64,000 bases of DNA from a bacterium. GTDB taxonomy: Bacteria; Gemmatimonadota; Gemmatimonadetes; Gemmatimonadales; Gemmatimonadaceae. Of this stretch, positions 1-7,402 are shown piece by piece. Every line of letters begins with the position of its first letter. Positions within the stretch are counted from its first letter, which is position 1. A model generated the notes under the pieces. It did not search any database, was not told where the DNA came from, and saw only the letters and a program-made list of their open reading frames with translations. A program made the translations under genes and the position numbers. The DNA lies in NCBI GenBank assembly GCA_021813725.1, contig JAKAJN010000001.1, positions 12,990 to 76,989 of the forward strand, in the 5' to 3' direction.

Positions 1-737
1 CGGCGCGGTATGTGCGCATCGAGGTCTCGCGCCTCGACCGGCTGGTCAACTTGATTGGCGAGCTGCTGCATGCGCGCGACCAGCTCACGACGCTCGTGGA
101 TGAGCGCGCCGACGCCACCCTCGACGCGGCGATGCAGCGCGCGTCGCAGCTCATCGCCGACCTCCAGGCGGAGGTGATGGCGAGCCGACTGGTGCCGGCC
201 TGGCACCTCTTCGACCGCTTCCCGCGCCTCGTGCGGGATGCGGCGCGGGCGCTGCACAAGGAAATCGAATTCACCATCGAGGGGCGCGACCTCGAAGTGG
301 ACCGATTCCTGCTCGACGAACTCGGCGAGCCGGTGGTGCATTTGCTGCGCAACGCGGTGGACCATGGCATCGAGGCGCCCGATTGGCGCGAAGCGTCGGG
401 CAAGCCGCGCGCGGGTCGCGTGGTGCTGAGCGTCGTGCGCGACGGCGCCGCGGTGCTCGTGCGCGTGCGGGACGACGGACGCGGCATCGATCGCGAGCGG
501 GTGCGCGAGCGGGCGCGCGAGCTTCACCTGCTCGCCGACGACGCACGCGCGTTGGACGACGACGCGCTGCTGCAGGTGATTGCCACGCCCGGCTTCTCGC
601 TCGCCCCCGAAGTCAGCGACCTCTCGGGACGCGGCGTCGGGATGGATGCGGTGCTCTCGCGCGTGCGCCATCTCGGAGGCGCGGTGCAGTTGGCGTCGGC
701 GCTGGGAGAGGGGACCACGATGACTCTTCGCTTCTGA
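1..737 (+). CDS. cheA: CheA-type histidine kinase, 5'-truncated by the window edge. It has P3 dimerisation and P4 HATPase domains only, with no P5 (CheW-like) domain.
   Basis: The frame is open from nt 3 (..ARYVRIEVSRLDRLVNLIGELL is P3-like). N box HLLRNAVDHGIE, G1 box DDGRGID and G2 box SGRGVGMDAV are present. The ORF stops right after the ATPase domain (GEGTTMTLRF*). Confidence 0.8.
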   Translation, partial: ARYVRIEVSRLDRLVNLIGELLHARDQLTTLVDERADATLDAAMQRASQLIADLQAEVMASRLVPAWHLFDRFPRLVRDAARALHKEIEFTIEGRDLEVDRFLLDELGEPVVHLLRNAVDHGIEAPDWREASGKPRAGRVVLSVVRDGAAVLVRVRDDGRGIDRERVRERARELHLLADDARALDDDALLQVIATPGFSLAPEVSDLSGRGVGMDAVLSRVRHLGGAVQLASALGEGTTMTLRF

Positions 738-747
738 GGGCGGCACC

Positions 748-1368
748 ATGGACGACGTCCGGAACCTCAGCACCCGCCAGCTCGACGCGCTGCGCGAAGT
801 CGCGAACATCGGCGCGGGCCACGCGGCGACGGCGCTCTCGCAGATGACCGACCAGACCATCATGATCAGCGTGCCGCGACTCAGCGCGTACCCGCTGAGC
901 GAGGGCGCGCATCAGGTGGCCGGCAGCGAGGAGCGGGTGGTGGCGGTGAACATGGGGATGGCCGGCGACCTGGCGGGCGCCACGACGCTCGTCTTCCCGC
1001 AGGGAAGTGCGCTGCGCGTCGCCGAAATGATGGCGCGGCGCCCGGCCGGCAGCTTCACGAGCATTGGCGCGTTCGAGCAGTCGGCGATCCAGGAGGCGGG
1101 GAACATCCTCGGCTCCGCCTTCCTCAATGCCCTCGCGGAGTTCATGGGGATGACGCTGCTTCCCACGCCGCCCTCGTTCGAGGTGGACACGGCGAGCGCG
1201 GTGATGGGCGCGTTCGGTCGCGCACTGCCCGGCCTGGGCTCGCTCGCGTTCGTCATCGAGACCGAGTTCTTCCTCAAGGAACGGCAGGAGCCCCTGCACG
1301 GCTTCTTCTTCATGCTTCCCGACGCGGCGTCGCTCGACCAGATCCTCAAGGCGGTGCGGTTGGCATGA
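748..1368 (+). CDS. cheC: CheC-family CheY-P phosphatase
   Basis: Both D/S-x3-E-x2-N-x22-P active-site motifs are intact (DALREVAN..22..P and SAIQEAGN..22..P). The gene starts 10 nt after the cheA stop. Confidence 0.8.
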   Translation: MDDVRNLSTRQLDALREVANIGAGHAATALSQMTDQTIMISVPRLSAYPLSEGAHQVAGSEERVVAVNMGMAGDLAGATTLVFPQGSALRVAEMMARRPAGSFTSIGAFEQSAIQEAGNILGSAFLNALAEFMGMTLLPTPPSFEVDTASAVMGAFGRALPGLGSLAFVIETEFFLKERQEPLHGFFFMLPDAASLDQILKAVRLA

Positions 1369-4076
1369 GCCGCGCGACGCTCGCCTCCTCCCGGGACCGC
1401 GACGTCCTGCGGGCGCTGGCGCGCCGCATCGATCCCTCCGATGCCGGCGCGCACAACAATCTCGGCGTGCTCTTCTACAACAAGGGGCTCCCCGAGGAGG
1501 CCGTGCAGGCGTTCACCAAGGCGCTCGAGCTCGACCCCAAGATGCCGGTGGCGCAGCGCAACCTCGAGATCGCCTACTACAACACCGGCTACTACGACCG
1601 CCACGTGGCGGACCTCAGGGAGCGACTGCGGCTGCGCGCCGACGATCGCGATGCGCGCTGGGAGCTGGGGCGCACCTTCGCCCAGCTCGGCGAGAGCGAG
1701 GAGGCGATTCGCGAGTTCGAGGAGCTGCTGCGGTACGACGGCACCGACCTCGGCGCCATCGTGCAGCTGGCGTTGGCCCAGAAGGCGGTGGGGCGGCTCG
1801 ACGAGGCGCAGCGATGGTTCGTGCATGCGCTCGAGATGGATCCCACCAGCTCGGTGGTCGCCTTCTACCTGGGTGAGACGCTGTACAACCAGGGGCTGAT
1901 GGACGAGGCGCTGGTCTCGCTGCAGCGCGCCATCCAGTTGAACCCGGAGAACCCCGATGCACACTATCTGCTCGGCTTCGTCTATGGGGACATGGGACGG
2001 GCCGAGGAGGCGCGCGCGGCGAGCAAGCGCGCGGTGCAGCTGAATCCGGCGCTGTCGCGCGAGCAGGCCAACCTGGCCATCGCCAAGTACGATCCCGGCG
2101 CGCACGAGGCGCTGCTCGCCGCGCGCCACACGCGCGCGTCGCAGCGGATGCTGGTCGCGGAGCACGACGGACTCGCGCACTACAACCTCGGGCTTGCCTT
2201 TCGGCAGAAGGGGTACTTCACCGAGGCGCTGCGCGAGTACCAGATGGCGCTCGACCGCGGGGAGGAGCGCCCGCTGGTGCAGCAGGCGATGGCCGAGGTG
2301 CACCTGCTGCGTCAGGATCCCGCGGCGGCGCTCGCGCTCTACGACGCGCTGCTCGCCGAGCGGCAGGACAGCCCGAAGCTGTGGAACGAGCACGGCGTGG
2401 CGCAGCACCAGCAGGGACATCACGCCGAGGCGGCCGCCGACTACCGGCGCGCACTGGGGCTCGACCCGCGCTATGCGCTTGCCTCCAACAACCTGGGGGT
2501 CGCGCTCTTTCACGCGGGTGACCGCGACGCGGCGATCGGCGCCTTTCGCACGGCAATCGCCGCCAACCCGGGCTTCGTCAAGGCGCGACTGAACTTCGCG
2601 CTGCTGCTCGCCCGTGCCAAGCGTGCGCAACTCGCGCTGGAAGCGTATCGGCAGGTGCTGGTCACCGACGGCGAGAATCCCGTGGCGTGGAACGGCGTCG
2701 GGCTCGTGCTCGCCGAACTGCGGAAGTTTGAGGATGCGCGCAACTCGTTCGCGCGCGCCATCCAGGCGCGACCGGAGTTTGCCGAGGCGCACTACAACAT
2801 GAGCTTCGCGCTCTCCAATCTCGGCGACTTCGAAGGGGCGTTGCGCGAGACGCGCCGCGCGCTGGAGCTCGACCCGTACTACGTGCCGCAGAAGTTCTCG
2901 CTGGCCATCGACCTCGAGTACGAAGATCCCGACCTGTCGGTCGTTCCCGACCTCGGCGGCGAACAGCGAATGAGCACGGAAGTCGGGCAGTTCGCATTCG
3001 ATCCAACGCTGCTCGACACCCTGTTCAAGGAACTCGCTCCACCACCGGTGCCGGCCGCGGCGGTCGTGCTCGAGGCCGAGCCGTACGCGATGGCCGCGGA
3101 TTACCTCACCAAGGGGCTGTACGACCGTGCCACGGCGGAGACCAGCCGCGCGATGGCACGCGGCGCCGACCTGGCCGACGGATACGCCTTGCTGGGCGAC
3201 GTGCTGTATCGGCAGGGCGCGTACGGCGACGCGCTGGAGCGATTCCGCGCGGCGAGCCGCACGCGCGCCGGCCACCGGCGTGCGCTGCAGGGGGAAGCGC
3301 AGTCGCTGATGATGCTCGGACGCGGCACCGAGGCGCGCCTCGTGGCCGAGCAGATCCTGAGCACGGCGCCGGACGACGTGGACGCACTGATGCTCGCGGC
3401 ATCGGCGCGCTTCGAGGCCGGGGACCCGGCCGCCGCGCTTGAGGCGCTGGAGCGTGCGCGCCGCCTCGCGCCGCAACGCGCCGAGGTGCTGCGCTGGATC
3501 GGCAACATCGCCCGTTCCGTCGGCGATCTCGAGGGCGCGATCTCGGCGTACCGACATGCCCTCGCGCTCGACAAGGACTTTGCCGCGGTGCGGTTCGAGT
3601 TGGCGCGCCTGCTCGTGCGGAAGTCGGCGTGGGAGGAGGCCGAGCGCGAGCTGTTGACGGCGCTCGATTCGGTGCCGACGTACGCCGAGGCGACACTCGA
3701 ACTGGCGAGCCTCAAGCGCGTCACGGGACGGCCGCGCGAGGCGGTGGACCTGCTCGTCGACCTGCTGCAGCGCGACCCGTACAACTTCGAGGCGCTGATT
3801 GCGCTCGGGGAGACGCTGCTGACGATGGGGCGCAGCGACGACGCACGCACCGCCTTCACGCGTGTGCTGCGCTTCGACCCGACGCACGTCGGCGCCATCT
3901 TCTACGACGGCGTGCTGGCGGCCGGAGCCAAGCGGTTCCGTGACGCGATCGCGGCCTGGCAGCGGGTCGTGGATCTCGAGCCGGCGGGCGAGTTCGCCCG
4001 CCGCGCGCGGCGCGAAATGCGCACGGCGCAGGACCTGCTGCAGGTGTTCGGCCGGCGCGCCGGAGGAGACGGCTGA
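1365..4076 (+). CDS. Large TPR-repeat protein (903 aa)
   Basis: TPR-like repeats run along the whole length (e.g. AHNNLGVLFYNKGLPEEAVQAFTKALELDP). The ATG overlaps the cheC stop (ATGA). Confidence 0.85.
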   Translation: MSRATLASSRDRDVLRALARRIDPSDAGAHNNLGVLFYNKGLPEEAVQAFTKALELDPKMPVAQRNLEIAYYNTGYYDRHVADLRERLRLRADDRDARWELGRTFAQLGESEEAIREFEELLRYDGTDLGAIVQLALAQKAVGRLDEAQRWFVHALEMDPTSSVVAFYLGETLYNQGLMDEALVSLQRAIQLNPENPDAHYLLGFVYGDMGRAEEARAASKRAVQLNPALSREQANLAIAKYDPGAHEALLAARHTRASQRMLVAEHDGLAHYNLGLAFRQKGYFTEALREYQMALDRGEERPLVQQAMAEVHLLRQDPAAALALYDALLAERQDSPKLWNEHGVAQHQQGHHAEAAADYRRALGLDPRYALASNNLGVALFHAGDRDAAIGAFRTAIAANPGFVKARLNFALLLARAKRAQLALEAYRQVLVTDGENPVAWNGVGLVLAELRKFEDARNSFARAIQARPEFAEAHYNMSFALSNLGDFEGALRETRRALELDPYYVPQKFSLAIDLEYEDPDLSVVPDLGGEQRMSTEVGQFAFDPTLLDTLFKELAPPPVPAAAVVLEAEPYAMAADYLTKGLYDRATAETSRAMARGADLADGYALLGDVLYRQGAYGDALERFRAASRTRAGHRRALQGEAQSLMMLGRGTEARLVAEQILSTAPDDVDALMLAASARFEAGDPAAALEALERARRLAPQRAEVLRWIGNIARSVGDLEGAISAYRHALALDKDFAAVRFELARLLVRKSAWEEAERELLTALDSVPTYAEATLELASLKRVTGRPREAVDLLVDLLQRDPYNFEALIALGETLLTMGRSDDARTAFTRVLRFDPTHVGAIFYDGVLAAGAKRFRDAIAAWQRVVDLEPAGEFARRARREMRTAQDLLQVFGRRAGGDG

Positions 4077-5041
4077 TGGCAATCGAAGGCCCGCTCCGCG
4101 AACTCGGCATCCACGACGTCTTCCAGCTCCTCGACCTGAGCCGGAAGTCCGGCGTGCTTCGCGTCGTCTCGCGGTTGCGCGACAACGAGGGGGTGGTGGC
4201 CTTCCACGCCGGGCGCATCGCGTACGCGTCCATCCGCAGCAATCCGCACCCGATCGGCGAGATGCTGCTGAAGGCCAGCAAGATCACGGCGGCCGAGCTG
4301 GATGCCGCCCGCGAGCAACAGACGCAGCACGGCGACCGGCGGCGTATCGGCGAGATCCTGATCGAGATGGGTGCTATCACGCCACGTGACATTGAGCAAT
4401 ATGTGCGTCGGCAAGCCGAGGCGGTGGTGTTCGAGCTGATGAGCTGGCGCGAGGGGCACTTCCGCTTCGAAGAGGCGAGCGCCGACGAACTCCCCGACAA
4501 CCCCTCGGTCGCGGTGTCCACCGAGTCGGTGCTGATGGAGGCGGCGCGCCGCATCGACGAATGGTCGCGCATCGCCGACCGCGTGCCCAGTCTCGCGGTG
4601 ATCCCGGAGTTCGCCGAGGCCGCCGAGGAGCACAGCGGCCAGCTCGACCTGCTGCCGGGCGAGTGGGAAGTGCTGACGCTGATTGACGGCGCGCGGGACC
4701 TGCGCCGGATGGCCGTCGATCTCGCGCGCAGTGAATTCGACGTGGCCAAGATCGTCTATGGACTGGTGAGCACCGGCGTGGTGGTGCTGCGCGAGCCCGA
4801 CCGGCGGTCGCGCGCGGTGGCGATGGACAGCGACGCCGAGGCGGAGCGGCAAGCGAACATCCGGGCGCAGGTGCTGCAGGGGCTGGCGGCGGTGACGGGT
4901 GGGCGGCTCGACGACGCCATTCGCGTCTGGTCGCACTATCTCGGGGCGCACGCCGGCGACAAGGACGCGCCCGCGGTGCGCGAGGCGGTGGAGGCGGCGG
5001 AGCGGCTGCGGCGATCGGTGGAGGTGTTGCGTGGCGAGTGA
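4076..5041 (+). CDS. PATAN (DUF4388) domain protein with a T2SSE_N/MshEN-like segment
   Basis: The N-terminus GPLRELGIHDVFQLLDLSRKSGVLRV is DUF4388-like. It is followed by PIGEMLLKASKITAAELDAAREQQ..RIGEILIEMGAITPRDIEQYVRRQ. The start overlaps the previous stop (TGATG). Confidence 0.7.
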   Translation: MAIEGPLRELGIHDVFQLLDLSRKSGVLRVVSRLRDNEGVVAFHAGRIAYASIRSNPHPIGEMLLKASKITAAELDAAREQQTQHGDRRRIGEILIEMGAITPRDIEQYVRRQAEAVVFELMSWREGHFRFEEASADELPDNPSVAVSTESVLMEAARRIDEWSRIADRVPSLAVIPEFAEAAEEHSGQLDLLPGEWEVLTLIDGARDLRRMAVDLARSEFDVAKIVYGLVSTGVVVLREPDRRSRAVAMDSDAEAERQANIRAQVLQGLAAVTGGRLDDAIRVWSHYLGAHAGDKDAPAVREAVEAAERLRRSVEVLRGE

Positions 5042-5954
5042 CGACATTCGCGCCCTCAGCGAGGCACTGGCCGCCGATCCGGCAAGTCTGGCGTTTGTGC
5101 CGCTGGGCGAGGCGCTGCGGCGCCGCGGCGACCTCGAGGTCGCGCTCCGCGTGGCGCTGCGCGGCGCGGAGCGCCACGGCACGCGCCCCGACGCGCACGA
5201 TCTCGTCGCGCGGATTGCGGTGGACCTCGGCGACCTCGAACGCGCCATCGTCGAGTGGGAGACCGTGCTGCGCATCGACCCCGCGCACGCTGGCGCGCGG
5301 AAGGGACTCGGCTTCATCTGCTTCCAGCTCGGTCGGCTCGAAGAGGCCGCATCGCACCTGTCGGTGGCGCTCTCGCTGAGTCCGGGGGATGGCTCGCTCG
5401 CCGCCGCCCTGCAGACGGTGCGCGACGAGCTGGCGGTGCGCGAGGAGTCGTCGGGGCGCTCGACGATGCAGTTCTCGCGCGAGGCGATGGCCGCGGACCC
5501 CGGGGGCGCTGCGGTGCGGCAGCGCCAGACCGCGGATCCACCCGCGCGACCGACGCTGGGTCTGGCCGCGGTGCGCGAGCAACCCGACGCCGACGCGGGC
5601 GCGCTCTTCGACGACCTGCTCGAGGGACAGCGCAGCGCGGCAATGCTGCTCGACGGCGACGGCCTGGTGCTCGCCGGCCGATACGTCTCGGCCGACGGTC
5701 GCGACCTCGCGGCCCTCATTGGCGCGCAACTGTCGGGCGTGAGCGACGAGGCGACGCGCGCCATGCGGCACCTGGGCCTCGGGGGGTGGCGGCAGATCGT
5801 CTTCGAGACGGAAGCGGCGTCGGTGGCGATGGCGCCGAGTCGGGACGGCGTGCTGCTGGTGGCGGCGGCGCGGCCGATTCCCCTCGGCTTCGTGCGGCGC
5901 GTGCTCGAGCGCGCGCTCGCGCGCGCCGTCGAGTGGCTGGGAGGTGCGGCGTGA
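5031..5954 (+). CDS. TPR + Roadblock/LC7 fusion protein
   Basis: The GTG at 5031 is in the frame of track ORF 4899..5954. The N-terminal half is TPR-like. The C-terminal half (AAMLLDGDGLVLAGRYVSADGRDLAALIGAQLSGV...VLLVAAARP) looks like a Roadblock/LC7 fold. Confidence 0.6.
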   Translation: MASDDIRALSEALAADPASLAFVPLGEALRRRGDLEVALRVALRGAERHGTRPDAHDLVARIAVDLGDLERAIVEWETVLRIDPAHAGARKGLGFICFQLGRLEEAASHLSVALSLSPGDGSLAAALQTVRDELAVREESSGRSTMQFSREAMAADPGGAAVRQRQTADPPARPTLGLAAVREQPDADAGALFDDLLEGQRSAAMLLDGDGLVLAGRYVSADGRDLAALIGAQLSGVSDEATRAMRHLGLGGWRQIVFETEAASVAMAPSRDGVLLVAAARPIPLGFVRRVLERALARAVEWLGGAA

Positions 5955-6298
5955 GTTCCGTCTTCTCGACGCTCACCGAATCGTTGATCCGGCACCGCGG
6001 GGTGCTCGGGGCCATGGTCGTGGGACTCGACGACGGACTGATCGTGGAGTCGACGCTGCAAATCGGCGTCAACGGCAACGCCTTCGCGGCGCTCACGGCG
6101 TCACTCTATCGCAAGGCGCGGCGGTCGGCCGCGGCGGCGGGCTTCGGGGCCACCGGGTTCCTGGAGCTGACGGCGGAGCAGGGACGCGTCTGCACGGCGG
6201 GAGGCCAGGAGCTCGTGCTTGTGGTCGTGTGCGAGTCGCGCGTCAACGTCGGCATGCTGCGGGTGGAGCTGCTGCGCGCCGCGGAGCAGCTGCCGTGA
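5951..6298 (+). CDS. Roadblock/LC7 domain protein (115 aa)
   Basis: The GTG at 5951 overlaps the previous stop (GTGA). The sequence HRGVLGAMVVGLDDGLIVES...ELVLVVVCESRVNVGMLRVEL is typical of single-domain Roadblock proteins. Confidence 0.65.
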   Translation: MSSVFSTLTESLIRHRGVLGAMVVGLDDGLIVESTLQIGVNGNAFAALTASLYRKARRSAAAAGFGATGFLELTAEQGRVCTAGGQELVLVVVCESRVNVGMLRVELLRAAEQLP

Positions 6299-6768
6299 GG
6301 TTCTCCGTCGTCGCCTCGTGGGTGGAGACGCCCCTCAAGCAGTTCGTGGACGATGCCCGTGTGGAGATCGCCGTGCTGATGCATCCGAACGGCCAGGTGC
6401 TCGGACAGTACGGCTTTGCGCGCTCGGTGGACGTGATGACGGCGTGCGCGCTGGCATCGGCCATCCACGCCTCGTCGTCCGAACTCGGCCGTCAGCTCGA
6501 GGGGCAGCCGTTTTCGACCCTGCACTACATGGGGCGCGACCGCCAGATCTTTCTTGGTTCCATTGCTGCCCCGTCGGGCGCGCTGCTGCTGCTCGCGGTG
6601 TTCGACCGCGAGAGTTCGCTCGGGCTCGTGCAACTGTTCCTGGAGGAGTTCCGCGCCCGCGTGGCCGTCTCGGCGCCGCCGCCCGTCCTGGACGGGCCGC
6701 CGGTGATGCAGGAGAACTTCGAGCGTGACCTCAATCGCAATCTCGCCCAGCTATTCGGACGGGCATAG
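6295..6768 (+). CDS. mglB: MglB-like Roadblock/LC7 protein (probable MglA GAP)
   Basis: The GTG at 6295 overlaps the previous stop (GTGA). VLMHPNGQVLGQ...LLLLAVFDRESSLGLVQLFLEEF resembles the MglB FD..TSLGLVRL signature as I recall it. The gene lies immediately upstream of mglA. Confidence 0.7.
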   Translation: MRFSVVASWVETPLKQFVDDARVEIAVLMHPNGQVLGQYGFARSVDVMTACALASAIHASSSELGRQLEGQPFSTLHYMGRDRQIFLGSIAAPSGALLLLAVFDRESSLGLVQLFLEEFRARVAVSAPPPVLDGPPVMQENFERDLNRNLAQLFGRA

Positions 6769-6804
6769 GCCGATGCCTTCCCACTTCTCGTCGCCGGTGC
6801 CGAC

Positions 6805-7401
6805 ATGAGCCTGGTCAACTACGCCACCCGAGAGATCACGTGCAAGATCGTCTACTACGGACCCGGGCGGTCCGGAAAGACGACGAACCTGCATTACATT
6901 TACGGGCAGGTGCCGTCCGACCGGAAAGGGCAGATGGTGTCGCTTGCCACGCAGACCGACCGGACGCTGTTCTTCGACTTCCTGCCGCTCGATCTGGGGA
7001 CGATCTCTGGCTTCACGACGCGGTTCCAGTTGTACACGGTTCCGGGGCAGGTCTACTACCAGACGACGCGCAAGCTCGTGCTGCAGGGGGCGGACGGCGT
7101 GGTCTTCGTGGCCGACAGCCAGTCGCGCCAGCTCGACGAGAACATCGAGAGCTTGCAGGACCTGCACGCCAACCTGGCGGAGCACGGGGTGGACGCGCGC
7201 AGCATCCCGCTGGTGCTGCAGTACAACAAGCGCGACCTTCCAGGGGAGCTGCTGCTGCCGGTGACAACGCTCGAGGACGCGCTCAATTTCCGTGGCGTGC
7301 CGTCGTTCGAGGCGGACGCACTGCACGGGACGGGCGTTTTCGAGACGCTGCGTTCCATCTCCGAACTGGTGCTGCGCCGGCTGGGCGCATCGAAGGGGTG
7401 A
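6805..7401 (+). CDS. mglA: MglA, Ras-like polarity GTPase
   Basis: P-loop GPGRSGKTT, intrinsic Arg in TDRTLFFDF, catalytic Gln in YTVPGQV and an NKRD box (LQYNKRDL) are all present. The protein aligns along its full length with Myxococcus MglA as I recall that sequence. Confidence 0.93.
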   Translation: MSLVNYATREITCKIVYYGPGRSGKTTNLHYIYGQVPSDRKGQMVSLATQTDRTLFFDFLPLDLGTISGFTTRFQLYTVPGQVYYQTTRKLVLQGADGVVFVADSQSRQLDENIESLQDLHANLAEHGVDARSIPLVLQYNKRDLPGELLLPVTTLEDALNFRGVPSFEADALHGTGVFETLRSISELVLRRLGASKG

Positions 7402-7402
7402 T

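Noticed and set aside
912-4082. 1056-aa minus-strand ORF antisense to the cheC and TPR genes. Similar giant ORFs include 13082..15169(-), 18011..19909(-), 20197..22293(-), 57041..59806(-) and 20466..23765(+).
   Set aside because: The translations are Arg/Ala/Gly/Pro-rich low-information sequence with no motifs. They overlap strongly supported genes (TPR, Mur ligases, MraY, HppA) in another frame or strand. This is the typical stop-codon-poor artefact of very high GC DNA.
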